A DNA stretch of 64,000 nucleotides. It comes from Eledone cirrhosa (lineage: Eukaryota). The translations under genes were made by a program, and so were the position numbers. The first letter of the stretch is position 1. The number at the start of each line of letters is the position of its first letter. This document shows positions 55,480 through 64,000 of this stretch, piece by piece. The notes beneath the pieces are model-generated. The model ran no database searches and had not been told where the DNA came from. It saw nothing but the letters and a program-made list of their open reading frames with translations. The stretch spans positions 151,962,001 through 152,026,000 of the forward strand of contig OZ024741.1 in NCBI GenBank assembly GCA_964016885.1. Direction: 5' to 3'.

Positions 55480-55890
55480 GTGCGTAGCCGGGTTTGAAGT
55501 GGTATTACGACTAGCGGATATAGGATCAGTCGGCTGGAATTTGCCAACGTCATGGTGTTGCTTAACTCGTCAGAAGGTGATCTCCAGCATGCAGTTGATG
55601 GGTTTGATGCCGAGTGATGCATAAAAATGAATGCTGTATCAAAGAAACCTGCTCAATGCACTCTACATGTGAATGGAGTTCCACTGAAGCAGGTGGAGAA
55701 GTTCAAGTATTTCAGGATCGTGTTCACGTGTGATGGAAGGCAGGAGGCTGAATTAAATGCAAAATTACTGGAGCTGCTGCGGAAATGCGCCGACTTCAGC
55801 ATTCGGTAATAAGAAAAAGGGAGGTAGGTGTAAAAGCCAAACTCACTATCTTTAATTCGATATTCGTGCCAACCATTACCTGTGGTCATG
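55480..55890 (+). pseudogene. RTE-clade RT fragment
   Basis: SSEGDLQHAVDGFDAE, CTLHVNGVPLKQVEKFKYFRIVFTCDGRQEAEL. Confidence 0.8.
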
Positions 55891-56763
55891 CACCGAGTAG
55901 TGGGGCCGCTTTAATCGATTAAATTCCTTTTCGGCACTGCACCAGCATAGCCGCGGTCAAATTATTGAAGCCATGAAAATAATAAATGAATAAAGAGCTC
56001 CGATCAGTTAATCGAAGACAAAACTCAATTTGCTATATTTTGGCAACGTTGTAAATTAATATATAATTTTTCTTTTAATGGAGGTATTATATACATTGTC
56101 CCGATAGAAGAGTTCTTTGCCAAAAATGGAGAGTGGGCTACATTGCGGGTAGAAATAGATGAAGGTGTGAAAGGAACAGAAAGGAGGGTAGTGAAAGATA
56201 GGCTACGATGCAGATAAGACTCCATCTACCTCTACACCCCGTCGCTCTATCACCCACACACACATTCGACCATCTCTCTGACTAATACTACTAACAATCT
56301 ACATTTATTCCACGCCACTCTACCCACAAATAAACTTCGTTTACTACTAGTACTACCAACACAAATACACACGCTCCACCAGAGCTCCCTCCCAAACCAC
56401 TTCCGTTCTGCGTGCACCACCACGTCTCTCTTCCTTCCTCCACTTTCTCCCCCACTTCCTCTCTAACCACTCCACTAACCACAACTCGCTAAACACTGGA
56501 CATCGTTTGGCTTGTGGCAGACGATGTGACCCCGGGTGGACAAGCAATACCGTTGGTAGGGGTCGAAACTGCCATAGTCCACCTCAACGGCTGATGACCA
56601 TGGTGTTTGGTGTCCTTCGTAAATATTTTTTTTTTTTTATTATTATTTTTTAAGGCTTCCGCTTAAAAAATTGTTTTCGTTTTGCCTTGTTTCCGTTCCT
56701 TGTCTTGTCTTCTCTTTGTTAATTGTCTTAAGTTTATCCATATATATATATTTTAATCTGTTA

Positions 56764-56807
<44 letters not shown>

Positions 56808-56967
56808 TAACAAATGGAAACTATATTTATAAAACCATATTTATTTCATTATACATATTTCAATTTGATAATATATTGTATATTTACTCCAATAATTTGT
56901 TGAGTGCTTTATATCAGTTATAAAAATATTTTACTTGTGGTATCCCAACAAATTAATTATAGCCTCT

Positions 56968-57034
<67 letters not shown>

Positions 57035-57162
57035 TACCAGATTAAAATTTAAGCAAAGAATCTGTTATTTAAGAAATATTTGCTCTACTGTTCTTATATA
57101 TTTGATATATATTTATCCTTATCGAGCCCTCTTTGGATTTTAGTCTTCAAATATATTATTAT

Positions 57163-57218
<56 letters not shown>

Positions 57219-57764
57219 TTATATAAATACATATAAATACACACACCCACACATATATACGAAGCCTTTCCTCAGTTAAAAAAGCTTCAAGCACAGGCAT
57301 CGCTCGATATGTAACAGCTAATTCCAGTCTGGAATCAGCTGTCGACACGGCAAGAGCTCAGCCGTCGGGCCGCAACTCTTTCTAATATAGTCACACTCCG
57401 AAGTATCGAGTACTCTGCTGAATAATAAGAGAAGGTGAAATTTAAGGGTCACTTTTTCTTTTTTCTTTTTTTCTTCCTTTCTTTGATTTGTCAAAGTGGC
57501 ATTATTGAAAAAATGAGAAGGACAATTCTTTTAAAAACAGACTTTTATAATGTATATAAAGTATTACCGGTTTAGATGTATTAGTAAAACTCAGCTTATC
57601 AAATGTTGAGTATTACAATTAAAAAGAATTAATAAGGATTAAAAACTAAAAATTTAAAATTTAAAATTAAGTGTTGAGGTAAGTTTTTTTCAACTTCCTT
57701 GTTGAGAAGGAGACTGGAAAATGAACTCTTGTGTATATAGAGGTGTAGTAGTAGCAGCAGTATT

Positions 57765-57833
<69 letters not shown>

Positions 57834-58215
57834 GGAAAAAATGAAATTTCATTTCTCACTCTTAGTACGGCTGATACTTAAATGTAACTATGTATACGTA
57901 CATACATATATGTATACAGACGTACAGTAGTGTCAATTATCTGACAGGAAGGTATACGGTGCTGTGATAGCTAATAAGCTTGAAACTAGTTCATCGTTCC
58001 TTTGTCAGTGTTGAACAAAAGGGCAACGATTGTTGCCGAACACTGAACGGCTTAATTCGGGCTGTTTGTTTACAAACAAACCGAACATTATAATAAATGT
58101 TCGGTAAACCCATACGTACATATATATATATATATATGTGCATGTATGTATATATATATATATACATACTACTGTACATCTGTATACATATATGTATGTA
58201 CGTATACATACTTAC

Positions 58216-58282
<67 letters not shown>

Positions 58283-58463
58283 AGTGGTAGCTTAGTAAAA
58301 TCGAAGCTTTGGCCGTGGCCAAGCAAAGTCGACCTACAATAAGGAATGAGTAGCAAAGTACTCAATAAGGGTAATAACATTACGTTTAAATAGCTTGACA
58401 AATTGAAAATTGCGGTAGGCAAAACCCAACCATACAATACCAAAACAACGAAAGAACTAATCA

Positions 58464-58511
<48 letters not shown>

Positions 58512-58779
58512 AGAGAGAGAGAGAGAGAGAGAGAGAGGGGGAGGTAAGATGTATATGTATGTATCTATGTATGAATATATATGTCGACCACAGGTGATTC
58601 TTCGAAATCACTGTCAACCTTTTCACCCTTTCTTGCTGATATGAATATGTGTGTGAGCGAGGGGAGTGTAGACATGAGGGGAATGAGAGAGAGAATGTGA
58701 CAAAAAGATGAAGGATGAGGTCCTATGATGTATTCTATGCAATTCCCAAGGAATGAATGCATGAATGCATTATTAGTAT

Positions 58780-59750
58780 TGTTTCTTCGAATTCAGCAGT
58801 GAGTTATAACTAATGATCAAGGGTCCTGTATTTTATCCTTTTTACTACAGTTGTAATTCAAAATTATGGCTGTTCCCAAGAGCAGGGTCTTTTGCAACAA
58901 CTCGGTCCGAATCTTTGAGATCCAATTTTAGATTTTGGGGATTTTTTCGAAATCATACTATGGGCCCCAACAATAACTGAATCATCTCCCACGTTGTTAA
59001 TTTATCAAATCTGCATTATTTCGAATGTAAGCGACTGATGTATATATTCCTTTCCTTCCCACCACTCTGTCATTTCCTAGCATTGCTATGTCAATCAATA
59101 CGTAGTGTGTTCTTTCTTTATCTACCAGTATAAGACCTGGTCTTCTTGTGTTCCTCGCATCATATTGGACACTGATGTTCCAAAGAAACTTCAATTTTAT
59201 ATTTTCAAGCATACCATTTCTCAGATTAATATTTTCAAGCAGCCAAACTTTCCATACAATTTCCACTGTACAATGTACACAACATTGCCATGCCTCCTCT
59301 TGTACTTCTTCAGTGCCAACATGTGGCATGCTCTAACCATGTGAACCACAGTTTCCATTGTCTGCACAAAGGAGACTCTCCGGTGTAGTCTATGTTGTAT
59401 TTCACATAATTATTGTGCAATGACTGTTCCTGTTCCTTGGCTGCACAGATCAATATTCAAATCTGATTTCTTCATCCAAACCCATCTGTCTTCTTTGTCA
59501 ACCTTATCCCTGTGCTCTTCTTTTTCCATATTCCGCATATATTCGTCATGCATCCTTTTCTCTTCCCATACTCTAATTTTCTCTTCTCTTCTTTTCAGTT
59601 TAAATTCTTACATACTGTGTCTATTATCCCAACTTCTCACACTCCATTCAGAAATTATTATTTACTGCCTTTTATATTCTAACTTTCTTCACTTCTAATA
59701 CAATCCTAATATCTGACGAGTCCCCCTCCTCCGTTTCTTGGCATTATTAT
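58780..59750 (-). pseudogene. R4/Dong-like (restriction-like endonuclease) LINE 3' fragment
   Basis: PRNGGGGL, ENIKLKFLWNISVQYD..RRPGLILVDK..VLIDIA, LQKTLLLGTAIIL. Confidence 0.85.
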
Positions 59751-59759
59751 CTGCATGTC

Positions 59760-59905
59760 ACACAGGATCTGTTGCTGATGGTGTAATTCTGGTGCTAACG
59801 GTCAACAACCAGGGGACTGAAGTGGCACCTTCAATTGTCAAGCACTTTCCTGAGTATCCTGGCAGTTCCAAGAAGTGTTGTTTCCTGTAAGTGCTCCACT
59901 CTGAT
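59760..59905 (-). pseudogene. Second R4/Dong-like 3' end
   Basis: IRVEHLQETTLLGTARILRKVLDN*. Confidence 0.8.
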
Positions 59906-59914
59906 ATTATTATT

Positions 59915-60275
59915 AAGGGCGGTGGATTGGCAGTATCGGTAGAGGGCCGGACGCCATGCTTTGTAGCATAGAGTTACGGTCCTTTATGATCTGAGTTCAA
60001 ATCCCGCCGAGGTTAACTTTGCCTTTCATCCTTACGGGGTCGATAAAATAAAGTACCAGTCACGCACTGGGGTCGATTTAATCGACTTTCCCCTCCTCAA
60101 AAATTGCTGGTCTTGTGCCTATATAAGAAACAATTATTATTAAGGGTGGTGGATTGGCAGTATCGGCAAAGCGTCGGACAACATGCTTCATGGCATAGGG
60201 TTACGCCCTTTTTCAATTTGAGTTCAAATCCTGCCGAGGTTAGTTTTGCTTTTCATCCTTACGGGTCGATAAAAT
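59915..60275 (+). mobile_element. Two tandem family-A-related SINEs (59915-60140, 60143-60275)
   Basis: Both start (att)n-aaggg.ggtggattggcagtatcgg and have a B box and the catccttacggg.tcgataaaat core. Confidence 0.88.
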
Positions 60276-60559
60276 ACCATAAGTTGTCCACATTTCGGAA
60301 CGGTCGCCTAATCAGATTACACATTTGATATCTACATAATCGACCTAGATAGAAATATGTAGACTAGGTTACTAGAAGCTTAACACGTCATTCCAGGCGC
60401 GTAATGCCTACAGAGGCCGGATCACTATTTTAGTTATGTGTAAGTTGACAGCGGAAGTCATCAACAAGTGGTGAGGTGCTCGCAAGAGAGAGATTAGTGT
60501 AGTTTCATTAGGTTTTAGCAAAGAAGTGGCGATAGAAAAAATAGAAAAGAGAGAGAGCT

Positions 60560-60830
60560 GGTAGCTAAATTAGATGACGCGGTTAGAAGTGGCATTGCAT
60601 ATGACGTGCTGGCGGTGAGAATGGCATTAGACCATTTCTTCAATGCGAAACACGAAAGTTGCATTGTCAGAGATATTCAGGACGTATCGGATGGTATTTG
60701 CTGTTCCCAGTCGGCAGGTCTTTTGAAGAGTTCCAAAAAAGCGGGCTGGGTTAATGTTCCTTAACCAACCTTGAAACTCTTCGGGATAGTATCTAGTGAT
60801 AGTACCCCGGCATAGTTATTAAAAGGTGGG
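60560..60830 (-). pseudogene. Third R4/Dong-like 3' end
   Basis: LQKTCRLGTANTIRYVLNISD. Confidence 0.65.
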
Positions 60831-62427
60831 TGAATGTAAGAAGGAACGGGCTTACTCTGAATATGTGCCTGAGTGATTGAGAGATCTAGAGGAAGGGGGC
60901 ACCTTCCTAGCTGGTTTCCGATCTGTGTGGTTCTTAGATTATCTCTAGGGGATGTTCCACTCCCTCTATTGTGAGATTCTGTTCTTTTAATTCATTGTTA
61001 TATTGTTGCTTGTTTCATTGTTCACACGATTAATTATATGTAAATCCCCATTGTTCATGTTCATTTCTATTGTCCTCTGTATTCTTTCTTTTTTTTGCGG
61101 GGAGCGGTTCTAGTGGCCAATAAACAATCTTTATTATTAGTAGTATTTACTTGGATATCTGTATATTCACACACATCTCACCGGGTCTCAATCCGAAGCC
61201 CAAGGTGGGCGATGTTTGGTTAGGACGCATTTTGTCTCAGCACTATAGATAGCTGATGACAATTTGTTGAGAGTTTGAGAAAGCAAGTAACGATGAAAAC
61301 TATACACACAAACACACGCAGAGAATATTCATAGCTTCAAAAGGTCTTTATACAATATTTACAGGTACATATAATAAAAAATAAAAAAAATAATATTATT
61401 TACAGGTTATATATTACTTTTACAAATGTATGTATATTTTAAGACAATTCAATACAAACTATATTGGATATATTGCATCCATTTGTTCATGGATGTGTCA
61501 CATACGAGATACAATGCGATTGTTTGCCTAAAATGACATTGCCATGCTCTTCGCAAAATGTGGTGGTTTTCATGATGGTTCTTAGTGGCCAGATTAGCAG
61601 AATCGTTTGAGCGTCGGGCTAAATTCTTTGCGATATTTGTTCCTAATTCTTACGTTCTGAGTTCAAAATCAACTTTGCTTTTCATCCTTCCGGTGTTGAA
61701 AAAATAAAGTACGAGGCAAGTACTGGAGTAGATATAATCGACCTTCCTTTCTTCCAAAATGACTGGCATTCTGCCCAATTCAGAAACCATTATAATTATT
61801 GCGTTCTTGATTGTGTGCCAGGCTAGTTTGTATTTGCGTATTGTTGTTTTTAGCTATTGGAGTCTTGTTGTATTCAATAGTTTTTGAAGATTTCTAGTCC
61901 AAATTAACCAGAAACACATAGTCTTTCTATTGTGGCAGCACGTCTGTGACAGAAGGAGAAAGGAAATGATTTGATTTTCTTCAACTACCAGGTCATGCGG
62001 TCAAATAATGGAGGTAGCAAAGGAATGGTCATAGTGTACATACACACATATACTCACACACACAGGCATATATAACCACATACACACATACATAAATATA
62101 TATATACACATCAAGTATTATCATTGATAAACTATACATATACGCTCATACACATGTGTATATACATCATATATAGCAGCTCCCTCTACTTTCACCAACT
62201 GGTTTCTCTAAAGTAAAACAATTTTGATAAACTTTGCTAATTTGATAAACTGAGGGTCATCACGTGATTAGGCATTGAGTTTGGTGGTATTTTGCGCCAA
62301 AGAATGGTAGTGAATGTGGACAATAACAATTCATACCTGCTGTATTCAATAGTCAATGGAAGTTGGTTATGTTCTTGTGGAAATCCCCAAAATTAAAAAG
62401 TATCGGAATTTTGTTTATGTATGTGTG

Positions 62428-62502
<75 letters not shown>

Positions 62503-62503
62503 C

Positions 62504-62534
<31 letters not shown>

Positions 62535-62544
62535 CTTAGTGTAA

Positions 62545-64000
62545 GTATTGGGTAAGTATGAAATTTGTATTTTTTTCTACAAATTTCATACTTGACAACC
62601 CAATAGGTTTTGTTGTTTTCTTTGGCTTCTTCGTAGTATGTATTGTCCTGTAGCATACTTTGTACTGTGTTGGTGTTATACTTAGTCTCTATAATGACAA
62701 CAGTGCCTACTTAGTCGCCTTCTTTTATGATAATGTCTTTGTCCTGTTTCAGATCGTTTAAATGCTGCCATTGTTGTCTGGTAAAGTTAGACTTTGTGGC
62801 TTTTCCTGTTTGTCAACTGGGAATTTCGAAATGTAATCACAAAATTCATCAAGAACTTCATTCCTGCCTTTTTGGTAGTTGATTCTCATTTTTGTTTTTA
62901 ATTAGTGATTCATCATTGTCTTCTTTTTCGAAAAATTGTTCCGCTCCTCTATATCTTCTGCAGAAGTCCGAAATGTCATCTTTAATTTCTGTTATATTTA
63001 GTTTTTGATGAATGGGTATAAATTTTAGCCTTTTAACTAAAATGTCTATTTGTATGAGTGTTAGCGATTTTTGTGAGAGATTGATTATTTTCGGTTATTC
63101 ATGACTGTGGTCGATCCGGTATCCCTGTATTTCTGGGTCCTCTATAAAAAAAATGGTTAAGATAGGGTTCCTCTATATTATTCCTACTGTCAGTATTTTT
63201 TATGTTGTGGTTTTTGTAATTATTGTATATATCCATATTGTATATATTATTCTCTTCCCTGTACCCGTTCTTTATGTGTTGGCTATGGTTCAGTCTGAAA
63301 TTATTTCTATAATTCTGAGTATGAGGTCTGTTCTCTTTGAAGTTTCGATTTCTGCTTGTTGTCTTGTCATTATATGTATTTTTTCGTCGTGATTTCTTTT
63401 TAGCTGATTCTAGTTTCGTCCGAAATTATTTATGTACATTTGGGATTGGAGTGAGTTGTTTCCCTTTGATAGTCTATGTGTTCAAATGGTGGGAGTTGTC
63501 TTAGAAATTCATTGGTTCATTGGTTGGATATTGGGTTGTGTTGTGTGGATTGTGTCAGCGTAGCTTTTCGTGTTGTTAGCTTTCTGAGTTTTATTCTATT
63601 TTGAATTATTCTTCATAGTGTGAGAACCAGCTTTCGTTCTTCTCCCATCTTTGTAATGAGATTAGTTCCTCGTTCTCACATTCTTGCTTCCATTGTTTAG
63701 AAATATGGTCCAACTGTATTTTTTCGATTTCCATTTGTTTACCAGTCCTTGTAATTTGTGTCTTGTATGTTATCATATTTATATATTTCCAACTATTTTG
63801 AACAGGTGTTCCATACACAAATTTTTCTGCTAACTGTTGTCTAAATCTAGTAAGATTTCTTTTTAATTTCATTAATTTATTTACCTCTTCTTTAATAGGT
63901 GCTGGAAAGATTTCTCAAACCTCTTAGACATTTCTATAAAAATCTTGCAACTTTTAATACGTTTTCTGGCAAGCTTCTATTTTGTCTCTTGTCGGCATAT
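62545..64000 (-). pseudogene. Penelope-like element N-terminal region, decayed; continues beyond the window
   Basis: KIINLSQKSLTLIQIDILVKRLKFIP and SNFTRQQWQHLNDLKQDKDIIIKEGD*VGTVVII match PLE pre-RT motifs. Confidence 0.8.

Noticed and set aside
56520-56570. SECIS-like GTGA-N12-AA...GA pattern
   Set aside because: Helix II does not pair and there is no upstream Sec-containing ORF

Overview
AT-rich, microsatellite-saturated eukaryotic DNA. The repeat content suggests a coleoid cephalopod such as Octopus (inference). No host protein-coding gene can be supported; nearly all listed ORFs are translations of (TA)n/(CA)n/(AGT)n repeats. The window is dominated by mobile elements: several Penelope-like retroelements (one near-full-length RT+GIY-YIG copy, two Naiad-like copies, fragments), an RTE LINE with a PHD-like finger inside its RT, R4/Dong-like and CRE-like LINE fragments, two Tc1/mariner relics, a hAT-like relic, non-autonomous Helitrons and many tRNA-derived SINEs. 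The most striking hidden layer is about 20 type I hammerhead ribozyme motifs from many unrelated families. Some have ~50-100 nt branched stem II insertions, some palindromic stem III, and some a variant core. They sit in short (TA)n-flanked units that are often folded into long inverted repeats, in several cases with the symmetry centre inside a ribozyme helix. All structures were paired by eye; nothing was computed or searched.
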